From the NCBI RefSeq assembly GCF_964204865.1, contig NC_135250.1, positions 9,238,001 through 9,302,000 of the forward strand: 64,000 bases of DNA, given 5' to 3'. The DNA is from Styela clava. Taxonomy: Eukaryota. This document shows, piece by piece, positions 48,038 through 61,200 of the stretch. A program made the position numbers and the translations under genes. The notes beneath the pieces were generated by a model. The model searched no databases and had not been told where the DNA came from. It worked only from the letters and a program-made list of their open reading frames with translations. Numbering within the stretch: the first letter of the stretch is position 1; each line of letters opens with the position of its first letter.

Positions 48038-51000
48038 TTTGTAATAGTAGATATACAGTATATGATTATGATGTAAATATGGGATCTGTTGTTAAAAAAA
48101 AAGTTAAAACATCATCAGGCCCCTAGTTAGATGATTCTCCAAAACTTTGGTACAGGCGTGATGTTGATGGCACTAGGCAAAATAAAAATATTTTACTCAA
48201 GTCGCCATATTTTTTTGTTTTGTTATAGAACTAATATAGGAAATCATAGTCGTTGCAAGCCTAGTTAAGATTTTATATTGAAAACATACAAAAATTGAAA
48301 AAAATGGGGAAGAGTCTTCTAAAAATCTAACCGATTCGAATCTTCAATAATCAGTAAGAATTTTGAAAATTTCATCTATATTTCAAGATGAGTTCGCCTT
48401 CAATTGAGTAGGCATCATCTGAGGCGAGTGCGCTGGACATGAATAAGAAAGAAATTCTTTATCTTTAACTATTCTCCAATTTAGTAACGAACACTTATTC
48501 CTTTTATAAATGTATATTGTTCTGTGACGTCTGTTCAGTAAGCATACTGTACTGATTTTTTATTGATTCTTAGGGAATGTTTGATGGTGGCCAAGGTGTC
48601 GATTTCCATTGTGTCTTCCGTTCTATTTCATGTTTCAGATGCCACTTACAAATTGCTGAGTTATTTATCTGACAAAACTTTGTTTCAAGATATGCATGGT
48701 GAGACGTTACATAATTCCGAAAGGCAAGTTTCGTTTTAGGACTCACTTGTCATTCGAAATAAAATAAAATTTAGACCTTTATCGATGTTTAAGATTACAA
48801 ATACTCACTTTTATTCACCTGTTTACGTACTACTGCTTGATGCGTATCAATAAAAATGAATAGACTTTATAACAAACTTAAACAAAAAACTGAACTGAAC
48901 TTTATCTTGAAAATATTCGATAGTCTTTGAAGGCTCACACTAACTCTTCTAGTATTATATAAGGATTACTTCACGCTGACCTCTACTTGCTGTGATGGGA
49001 TCAAATTCGTTTATTATACTATTTCATAATATCAAGTAGAAAGAATATAACAAACCTTCTATTAAACAACATCGAGTTGTTAGATTTGCCCACTTCTATT
49101 CATTTACTAAGGGATTTTATTGTATCTCAAACTTGGATCAGTGACCTGGGCGCAGCGCGAGTAAGCCTTCATCGCTTCATCTCAATGCTTGATTACGGCT
49201 CTGCCCATTCGGGGCAGATGTTGTAGGATTGTATGAACTAACTTGATTTGTAGATAAGGCATAGTATCAGATTCGTATTATACCTAGATCATATACGTTT
49301 TAGGATTGAGAAACGTTTAATAATTAACGTTTCTTCGTTAGATCACATCGTTTGCTCAAGTTTCACATAGGTCGATCATTAACGAAGTGGTGGGCGGGAG
49401 ATGGTATAACGTATTATTTTTTAAATATCTTTATCTTGATCTTTTTAAATAATGATTGTTTAGTTTTGTTGCGCTAGTTAAAGTAAATATGTCAATACAC
49501 GTAGAAATCCCACCCATTCCCGCCTACGTCGTTGACGTTTTTGGAGAACAGCTTGATCACTTCTTTATAGTGAAGTGATCCAGTGGGGTTGCGCGTTTGT
49601 CTGTTTCTATACGCCCTTATTTTAACTCTAACATGTATAAGTTGTTTCCGATTCTGCCTTTTGGCACCACCAACATTTACTTTCTTTATGTTTCTGTGTA
49701 TGGGTTTCGATATTGAAACCAATCCCTTATGGTGTATTCACCCCGAAAACGCCGCGAACATAATAAAGAGAATAAATTTAGTGTGATGCGATGTATTTTT
49801 TCGCAATCCTTATTGACTATGATGTCATTTGAAAATCAGTACACTAATTAAATATTTGCATTTTATATTTATAAACCACGTTATGCTCAACATACATCTA
49901 TGTGAATAGAACAGACCAATGACATATATCACTAAATCGAGATACAAATAAGGAAAGCAATTTTAGAAAATATGGCTTATATGTATAATTGAAACGAACG
50001 TGGAATTCTCTGGATCTCGTTCTTCTTATCTCAACTGTTCACGGAGATAAGAACACATCTGTATTGATATATTTATATTGCAACTTACACAACATCAAAA
50101 TTGAGCCTTAGATGACAAGCAATCATCAATTTACTGGGGTTATTCCAGCATTGACTGATTAAAATAATTTTTGTATTGGTTCCTCCCGTTTATGTCATAA
50201 AATGGCAAGAATATCAGGGCAACCAGTAATAATATATAGGTAATTTGTGGTTCCATCGGCTTTTAAAATAACCAACATTATACTAATTCACTCAATACTG
50301 GCGAGATGTTACGTTCTGAACATTGAAGCACCATCATTTTATGTAGGAAATCAACAGCATTAATGCGGTTTGAGATAGATCATCTACAGTTCAAAGTAAA
50401 TACGATTTCTATTCAATGAAATATTTTTGGTTTTCCAGTGGTATTAACACATTACATGAGCAAACCGCAATATATGTGTACTCTAAGTAACGTCACTAGT
50501 GGATTCCTTCCAAAAAGCTTGTCTGAAGATATGTATCGAGTGGATGTATAAGAATCATTTCAAGCAAATTCAAACCTTAATCAAGAAGGTCCTCAATTTT
50601 TGCGTGCTTTTCTACGCGCGAGACGGTTTCTCCTTTCGTTATAATGTGAGACAACGAACGATAGAGTAAACATTATATGTTTATTCAGAACTGATATCAC
50701 CACAAATATTAGCTTATCATTAACGATAGACCCATAGGCCATAACGTAATCCTTGTACGAATTCACCTCGACCCACGAATACTATATGTCTCGATAGCTT
50801 TTATGGAAACTGTAATATAATATGAAAATGTAAAAAAAGTAGTTCTCGTTACCTTTGAATATTTTTTCAATTGGTTTTAATTTGTGAAAGGATATATTCT
50901 CAGCTACCAAAAAATTTTTATCGACTTATTTCACTACCATTTTCAAGATAAAAGTTTATATGATCAGCCCAAATTTGGTGCCAGAACCAAATGAAATGCG

Positions 51001-54000
51001 CGTAAAATATCATGAGTTTATTTTGGAATATTGAAACAGATTTTGGTTAATTAATAACTTACTACGTTACGAGTTACTCCATTTATAAAGGGTATTGAAA
51101 CTGTCGAGATATCAACTGTACTAAACGATTGCAAGACGTATGAAAAATAAATAAATGAAATATATATTTAAAATTAATTATATATATTATAATTCGAGAT
51201 GAAATGTTGTCAATTAGGCAATAACTCCAAATGATAAGCTTACAAATGATAAAAATCAGTAAATCAGATTCGATGATTCCACACTTGATACCATGAGATA
51301 CAGATTCAAAATTATTTATATGTGTATCATTCAATTACAAGCACATTCATAGCCCAGGAGGTGGAAGAAAGCTCGATGACACTTTTACAATGGATGACAA
51401 AAAAAATAATGCATTGTAATAGAATCCGTATGATTATAGTGCAATAAAGTGCATTTCAATCCACAAATATACGAGTTACAAAAATTTTGTTGCTAATACT
51501 TTTTTGACGTCTTCAGTATGACAGCCAACCTCATGACTATCATGAGCTTCTGTTCTTTTCTGAACATTTACGTCTGTGAAATAAATCTTCATCTAAATAC
51601 AGTATAAGGACCTTAATAGGATGAAAATCAAATGGCAAAATGTTTGGAAAATTGAACAAAAGAAACCACGACTACATAGGACGGTATATTTAAGTTATCT
51701 TGTCGCAGTTAACAGGCATTTACCCTGTACCCTATCACTCGCGAAAGTGATAGTAAATACACTACAAAAACAAACACTTCCAAATTTCAGTTACCACGTG
51801 GAATCGTATCGAAAAAAGTAATGATTTATTTGGTTATCAATATCATAGACTGAAATATGCAGGTAGTTCGCAAGAACCAATCAGCGCCACCTCATGGATG
51901 CGACATTTGTGAGAAATGTTCCTCTCAGCAACAGGTTTTTGCGATATGAATATTTAGACGAAACTAAAACAATTATCTTTGTGCCCTTGCAAAAAAAGTT
52001 GCCAGATATAGAGTGTATACAGACGTTTCACCCAATGGACGTTTCATCCCATGGACCTTTCGGACCAGACGTCTTGACCCATAAAGGCTTGAGTCTGTAG
52101 ATATGTTGTCAACGGATTTCTACCCTGCTCGGAATAAACCATATTCTGATATAAATGGCGCCTTTTACCCGCCAATATGAGTTAGACATTTGTTCTGGGG
52201 TTGTTTATTCCTATGCGATGGGAAACTTATCAGGTTAGGAGTTCATGAGAGGATTGAACATCGTATTAGTTAATATATTATAAAATACATTTACATAAAA
52301 AATAATCACTAATCTTTTCTTCATACGAAGATCATTTTTGAGTATAAAATTGAAAATTCCTTGTGGTACATGAACAATTGTTGGATAAAAAAGGTTCGTC
52401 ACGCACAAATTAAAGTGACTGATTTAAAAGATGTTATATACCTGTTGATCAAGATCAGTGAATCACCTATTGATATTATTTTGAAACCAGTGAAAATGAT
52501 AAATGAACATATTGTAAAATTTCCTAAAATCACACCACAAATCAAAGTATAGGGCCCTCAACAAAATGTAAAGAGTATTGATAGGACAGAAAGAGACCAC
52601 TGGCGCGCTTAGAGTTATTTCTATGGTTTTATTAGCGTGGCAAATATGTCAGTCGATAACGGTTGAATCGAGACTTTTAGTTTCCTATTTTGCATCTAAC
52701 AAATGACTTCAATTCCAATTTTAATCGACAATATTCTCAGTGGAATATTTTCAATTCACATGTTATGGTAGAAGACTGACAGGGACATCAAACACAAATA
52801 TTCGTTTCGTAATAGTTGAAATCTTTCAAAAATTGTGTTCCGCGAGAAAGTAGGATTAAAGAAAATCTGAGAATAATATTCGACCATGTCCGCGTTTCAT
52901 AAGTCCATATTTCTAATTAAGCTTTTTCCCGGAACGATAAACAGCTTCTAACATGCTTTAACGCTGAATTGAATGTTTATCAATTATACGAACGATACGT
53001 TGTTGTTGCTCATCTCAGAGATTAAGGTACGTTTAGTGTCGTAAGTTCAATCCGTATTATATAGGAAAGCCGAATTCGGTTTCTAGCCTTAGGCAACAGA
53101 TTTAATGACTGACTTTCTAGCTGTTTGTAATTTTCAAAGCAGGCGATAGATGATACCGGTTGTAAGATACAGACAATTAAATGAGCAGCTATAATAAAAA
53201 GTGATAAATCAAAGGTGTGACTGAAGCGCCAAATATTATCTGAGAATATTTAGTAAATGGCAAGTTTTTTGGTAAGAAAAACAGTTTTTGAAGATCGGAA
53301 TGTAGTTGAGATTTCGAAAGAATTTTTCGTGTTGCGAAACCATAACTATCAAATTACTTATTGGCGCGTTTTGCGACGTTATTACTAAATTGCGACAATG
53401 TGTTTCGTAACTTAATGATATCTTGACTACAGTGCGATAAAACAAATACTATGTTGAGTTATAGTAACCGTAGATAGACCAGAGAAAAATTGAAAGGATG
53501 GTAATAGAAATCAAATCTTCTTGTTTATTGTCAGTTTACTCACAGCAGCTCTAAGGGTAGGTAGATAGTTATTACTGATACAGAAGACGGAAGCGACCAT
53601 CGCCACGCCATGAGATGTATATGGAGTACGTGTAGAAATGCCTTTTTTAGCATAATTTTTAGGGTATTTGAAGTCTACGACATTTGACAAATACTGTACT
53701 AATATGTATAAAAAGTAATAAGTATATATGGAAATTCGAATAGAACCAAAATTTACATCCATACAATTTTGAATGAGATGATGTTTTATATTGTTAGATG
53801 CTTAGTGATTTTGAGATAAAAAAAATAAGTACATTCAAAACTATGGATTAGTGATTCAGGTATGCGCAGTACATCAATGTTTTAAATATTTTAAGCAAAT
53901 CGGTAAGCGGGTATTACAGATCATTGTTATTTTCATATTCATGCTTCACAGAAAAGATGAGATTCGAGAAATCTTAAATATGTGAAAGAACTCTTTACTT

Positions 54001-55215
54001 ATGCTATGAATCATATACCATGATTATTTATTTAGGCGTGACTCCAAACATTCAATGCCAAGTCCCCAGAGTATAACGTCATTGTTGCTAATTGAAAGAC
54101 TATAAACATAACTGGGAATAACTGCTGGCCAAGTAAGGCTGAGTTTTGCAAGTTAAAAAAAGTGCAATGATAAAGCAAAGCGATTAATCATGATTGAATT
54201 TTGATCCATGCCTTGTCGAATAAGTTCTGTTTGCGTTGATTTAGACGGAAAAAATAGATTTTGACAATTGAAAATCCCTCAAATATTACCCCTGTAAAAA
54301 AAAAAACTGGATATGCCGGAAAAATTTAAAATAATATCAAGAGTCTATATTTACTCTATAATGATTCAATTAGATATCGATTCGGAAATTTTTGTCATTT
54401 TCGTAATTTGTGCCTTGTGAGTACAAAATGAAGCTTTCGTAAAAATTATATTTACCGAAATTGGCTCCAGCGATTAAGTTAAGCTTAGGCGTTGTCCATT
54501 GCCTACGTAACAACATTAGTCATACGATGCTCAAGTTAACTATAAAACGCCCTTGGCGTTCAAACCGACAATTATTATTTAACCAGAAGATTGCGAACTT
54601 CGCGCGTTTTGATTATTTTGGATAGAATATAAAAATTATCGTTGAATTTTGATTGCATGTTCATATCACCAAATATGGCCCTTAGATAGATCATCAACAA
54701 TTAACGTTTAGGTGAAATAGTCTCTATCGAGGTAGACTAATGAATTCGTGGGATATGAACTTGAATTACTGTTACTAAGTTGTTTCATCAATAATTAGTC
54801 AAACCCCAATATTGTTCAATTATCATATACCTATACCAAGTTTGAAGAATAGCCATTATTATAAAATGCAATGTCTTCATTCAAATATGAAATAGATTAC
54901 CACGCTTTCGTCAAAATTTCATGGTATTTGTAATTCGAATTTCGTATAGGATATAGTTTCGAATTTTGAAGCACGAAATGAACCATCAAGTTTTAGAGAA
55001 ATAACGTTTACAACTAGGGATTCCGATTCATTTCACGCAACCTTACGGTTCATATGAAAAATTGCATTATTACATAAATATGATTTTTTATTTTAAATTG
55101 TGTTATCGGGTCTAGATTAAAGAATGAAACATTTAAATTAATAAAAAGAAGGTCTGATTAAATACAGCTTATTCACATTCCGGATAGATAGGGATTCATC
55201 CACTCACTTCACAAT

Positions 55216-58200
55216 ATGGGTCATACCAGCTCAGGTTTTATATTTGGATATTATTTTTATTTTCTTCTGCTTCTTGGCGTCTGCAACTCACAAGATATAC
55301 CAAGTAAGTATGTAATAATACATGGAATTGTTTCAAATTCAATATTAGCATATATTCTTGTAAAAATACCAACTATCTGCAAAAAAGAACAGAATCTCGT
55401 TTCATATAATGCAAGTTTCATCGAATATGTGGAGGAACCTAATGCATATCTTTTACACAATTTTTTTTGCCTTCGTGCAAAAATTTATTTTCGTTGTTAT
55501 GCTAAATTGTTATAAATTGAAGGCGTTTTGCGGCGTATTTTTTCTCGTATAATAAAACATAGAATAAAATTGCACGCAAATAAATGCTATGAATGTTTGC
55601 TCTAAGCAAGATCGCGACTCTCCATCAAGAAACAAATCTTCTGGTAGAGACAGAGCGATCAGTGAATTGTTCTTTGTGGGGGCAATTTGGCTCCCATATT
55701 GCAAGCCATTACTTTTACATTGCAGGTATTTGATTGTAAAAATACCATGCTTAACTATATATACATTTTTTATCTGCAGCCACTGTTATCGGATCGTGTG
55801 GTGGAAGAATAACGGGTTCAAGCAGCGGATATATTGCTAGTCCCGGATATCCGTCAGAAAACTATCCGGACAGTTCAAACTGCTCCTATTTAATCGAAGC
55901 TGATGAAGGAAATATCATCACGGTAATAAAGAAATTATTTTCACGTTTGTCATTGTTAGTCTATATTACGTTATATCCAATTTAAAAATGCAACAAGGAC
56001 TTTTATTTGGTGACCACCAACATATTGGATCGAATTTATCATTCCTAGTCGGAGCGACGTATTGCTGATTAGCGAGATGCCATCGCAGAGGCCTCGAATC
56101 TTGATCTAGTTCATTTGAACGTGGTTGGATTTTCTACAAAAATGTTGTTGATTGTTCTACAAAAATAGAAGTACAAATTATTAATTTTAGAGCAAGCTAG
56201 AACGCCCCCTTTGAAAATTGATAGGATTAGTCGAGTCCGACGTAATCGGGTCCATCTAAACTCAGTTTACATGACTTCCATATGTCTCGGGACTCAATCC
56301 AGTGTGTAAAAATGATGAAGAATTTATTGAATGAAAAATTCAAGTAACAGATTTTGGAACCATTCACCATATTTTGATTTATTTAAATAATTTACATTTA
56401 TACTTTTTTCCCTACAAGTATTTTAATCAAAAAATACCGATTTGAAGCAGTATTAGAGCTGCAATAAGGGGAACTTTGATTCAAAAATAACCAGAAGCAT
56501 TTCTCTTTGACATGGAACATCTTATCCATCCGTAGCTTTCGTGTTTGATTGCTAAGTACATGGTAATAGACCTTAGTCATTCAAAACCCATCCTACGCGC
56601 AAAAAAAAAAGTGGCATAAACAAATCAACTTAGCTCTTATGGGGAATGTGATCACCAGGACAGAAATTTGCATTTTTTATGATTTTCTAGTTCTATTTAT
56701 TTGTAAACGTCGGCAGTTTTACATATAGAGTGATTTTCAGATATTTTTCGGTATTTTTATGACGATAAACATGGTCAAATATTTTGAATAATGGGCGTGG
56801 TGTTTCCGCTGGCGTCTCTCCTCCTAAACCTGACCTTCTGCCAGCCCGTTATAGTCTGTGAAATATGCTGCGCTAATGTCGACATGGGAAGCGTTTGACG
56901 TTGACAGTCTATAATTTAAACCATTTCACTCGCGTTTGTCTACTGATTTTGCGCATTTATACCTGTACAACTATAGCAACCATTTACTGACGGCATGCTG
57001 ACGTTATTTAAACAACCGGTAGTCCGGTACCATACCGAGGAGGTGAAAACTAAATCCTAACAGAAATGTTAGCCAATAGGTAGGATGAGTTGTATACAAA
57101 CAAAGTTAAATATCCCCAACCTATTACTCTATTACAGTAATTTAATAACGGTACAGTACTGGTATCCTAATTACACTAATAACACGCCGGTCGCTCGCTG
57201 TACCGGTAGGATGAGCGCAAAGCCAGCAAGGAAAGTGAATCTGACTGAATACGTGAACGTTAATAGACTACATTACAGCAAAACTTCACTATCTAGAATA
57301 CATATTTTATTAAACGCCAAACACGGTACCGGTATGTTGTGGTACCGGTATTCTGTTACAGAATAAAAAGCACGAGTAGAAATCGTTTTGTTTATGCCAC
57401 TTTTATTTTTCGCGTGTAGGATGGGTTTTGAATAACTAAGATCTATTGCGCGGTTATATGTTTTATGGGGGCTAACAACCGAAGAATCGAATGATAAAAC
57501 ATTTTTATTTGCTTATTTATTTACATCAACAATAGTAATAAACTGTTTTTATTAACAGTATCGAACATTATTACTCGACTTAGAAGCGAGAGATGCACAA
57601 GCAGATGAATGTTATGACTACGTTCAACTATATGATGGCGATATTTTGCTCGGATCTGCATTAAATTCTGGATCTTATTGCGGAAATGATAAAATACCAC
57701 TCAATGCAACAACTGGTAACACTTTAGGGTAAGAACTTGTCACCGGTAATTACTGCAAATCTGGACTGTGCGGAAAATTCACGATCCGGCCCGATACCGG
57801 ATTGAATACAATTTTGGCTCCGGCTGAGTTTAAGGGAATTTTGACTTCTACTCCAGCTCCAAACTCTCAAAAAAGTTTTGGTAACAAAATACTGTCAACA
57901 CTGCCAAGAACGCTTTGTTAATTTCTTTTTTTGAGTTTCTGTAGATATTTGTCACCAATACAAGTCTGAAATTTCGACTTCCAAACTCCCGGGACTCAAA
58001 AATCTCGAGTTCCGGGATTTCAAATTTGGACTCCGACTCTGAAAAAATGTTATAACACGATCCCACTTCAATAAAACATGTCAAACTCCGAGTCCACATT
58101 CCTTCTGTAAAATATAGCTATCATTTTCCAGTAATGGTCCAATAATCTATCTACTTTCGCCCCTAATAAAAGAAACAAGAGAGCTATGCTCAAATATATG

Positions 58201-61200
58201 GACACGTAGCGCCACATAATTTTGATGACGTCATAGCAAAAAATAAAAGTGATAGCCTTCTGGAGAAAAATTCCATCTTTAACCACAGCAAATTTCAAAG
58301 AGATTGGTCCAATAATCAAAGAGAAAAGCAATTTCTTCGAAACGTGTCAATGAACAAGAACAACATAACAACAAAACGATCGTTATGTCCCCTAAACATG
58401 TCCAATAACGATTTTATCGCAATGTAGAATTTACGTTAAGTGTTCACACCGTAGTTTCAAACAAAGTTCTAGTCGAGACGAGCATGGCACCTAAGTGATG
58501 TGCAAATTCTTATATTAGAAATATGCCGGTACAATTATAAATAGTCAAAGTAAACACATATATACTGACAATTAATTGGAATGAAAGCACATTGCTAAGG
58601 TCAAAATACAGAGTTAAGGGGGGGGGGGTGGGGGGCCTTAATCTATTTAGAAATAATTCAAAAAATTATGTATTCTGTTTTTTTTTTAGGGTCACCCATT
58701 ATAACAAATTCTAGTCTTTGAACAAGCTCTAGCACGACTTTATACAACTTTTACCGATTATACTAAATCCCACTAGAAAAATACCATAAGTAAATCCCAC
58801 GTGGCTATATTAGCCTTTTAAAGTGAATATTTCAACTTCACCATATATTTATTTAATCTTTGCATCCTAGAATTGAATTTATTTCCGATGAAATAACAAA
58901 TGGCAAGGGATTTGTAATACAATGGACTGCACTGAATCCTGCTGACAGGACACCAACACTGGATTGCAATTTTGACGGAGCTACGCCACTTTGTCCAGGT
59001 TTGTATCGTTATTGGAAAATACGTCGTATTAATTCTCGCGATAAATGCTTGTTTATGAATGGAAAACAATCATGTAATGACTCACTGCGTATGACTATTT
59101 TTATTTCAACGCTCGATGAAAAAAAAATAAAACTAATTAGAATAACATCGTAATATTTAAAAAGCTGCTTAGTATTAACTTAAGCGTCCCAAATTTTGTT
59201 ATTCAAATGTCCAAACGACAACTCTGATTCGTATAAAAGCACATTTTGAAGAGCAATCTTTGTATCATTTGGTAGAGTTCATCAGTTTGGTAGATTATTT
59301 TTGTTCGTTCACCAAACCTACCTCAGGCCAGTGTCTTAAACTTTTAACGCTAAAGGGTTGAATTAAAACGCAGTTGGCCTAACCACGCTTGTTTTATGAC
59401 GTGTTATACTGTATCTCGGTATCTCGAAACCAATTTAATACAAAATTACGCTTTTACTATCTGTAAACTAGTTCTCTTGTTCCACATTCAGTGAAATTAT
59501 TTTACAAACCGGTTATCTGGATGTTATATATACTTGTATTTTGTTCAATTGTCGTTAACTTGTTAATTGATACAATCTTGTATATATATATATATGTAAC
59601 AATCGCTTTATCAATGCAGTTGTTTTTTGTTTTGATTCGGTTACTCATCCCTTTTACCAATTCACTCTGTCTTTTATTCAAGGATGGACACAAAGTACCG
59701 AAGATTTGGGAGACTGGCAATTTTCACGAACAAAAACAGCTACAAGTCTCACTGGTCCATCGGAAGATCATACGGAAGACACAACAGGTACAGATAAGAA
59801 ATTTGTAGTATTCAGGTAATTTGAGGAACTTGCCGACTGAACACGAAGTTTAAAAATGAGATAGGAGGTTCAAAATGGGGGAAAATCCTAAGAACACCAT
59901 ATTTGTGGCATCTAAAACCCCGTATCATACCCTTCAGTAGTCAACATCGCATCCAAAATTGAATATATTATAAATCTATTTTCAGATGGACGATATGCCT
60001 ATATAGAAGCCTCTGACATGGATGAGGGAGAGGAAGCTATTATAATTTCACCTAAAATTGAGAAGAGTAAGTATGCAAACTTGTTGATTTGCAAAGTTGA
60101 TGATTTGACTCCTTTATTCAACGCTGAAGACACAAACTATTTTCTTGTTATAACACATCAAAATGATGCAAAGCACGACTGAAGGATATGAAAAAATAAC
60201 GCTGACGACACGAAACAATTTCTTGTTATAACGCATCAAAATTCCGCGAAAAAAGCTGTAGAATCTGAGAAAGATTCCGTGATATTTCGACACCTCACTG
60301 AAAAATATAGCAACTCCGACTCCGGATTCCAATAAAATGACTCCGACTTGAATTCACGACTCCAGAACCGAGAAAATCCGAAACAAGGAAATATATTCCG
60401 TTTTGTTTGAATTGTAAACTACAGCTCCTACTCACAACTATGAGAAGTCGGAAAATCAACCCGAATTTTTTTTACTCCGTTTAAAAATAGGTCACCTGAT
60501 CCTACTTCAGTACCAGTCATAATAATAAAAATCACTCCGACCCGCAGCCCTGCTTCAAACATTCTATAAATTCATTTAGTTACTAATTGGCTATTTATAA
60601 TGAACACTGAATTGATAAATTAACTTTATTTATTGATTCAGGTGATTCCAAATATTGCTTGTCGTTTTGGTATCACATGTTTGGGAGTGGAACTGGACAG
60701 CTTGCTGTTATAAAAGTTGAAGAAGGTGCTGAGACTGGAAATATTGTTTTTACTCAATCGGAAAATTCAGGAGATGTGTGGAAGCAGGCTGAAGTCACTT
60801 TGAGCGGAGATAGTTCATTTTATGTAAGTTGAAATCAGTTTGTGAAATGCTCGAAGACATGAAACACAAAGGTTGTGTGACTCATAAAGCCACAGCAATG
60901 TCAGCAATAGCAAAACGAATAATGTTAAACGAAATACATCGAATGTTATATCAAAGGCGTTCTCGCGACAAAAGTATCCAATTTGTGTTGGAATGTCGGG
61001 TTTTATAGGACTCCTGGAAAAATGAAATAACAAATAGCGACATTTGAAATGAAATTTGCACATTAAATGCGAGGGAAATAGGTAACTTTCAACCCAAGCA
61101 ACGGCATTTTAACAAACTGATCCATTCTTGTCAAAATGGTTTGTTCACGCTAAAATCGAGTCGGAGCTGAAAATCACGTGACTTGGTCACGTGACCAATA

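Noticed and set aside
49492-49722. 76-aa - strand ORF ending VGGNGWDFYVY
   Set aside because: No recognisable domain and no convincing splice context.
51894-52100. 68-aa ORF in the divergent spacer
   Set aside because: Its 3' half consists of short GACGTTTCA.CC.ATG repeats typical of transposon subterminal sequence.
61174-61195. Tandem TCACGTGAC / GTCACGTGAC E-box (CLEAR-like) motifs
   Set aside because: Deep in an intron within repeat-like sequence and far from a TSS; no support for a regulatory role.
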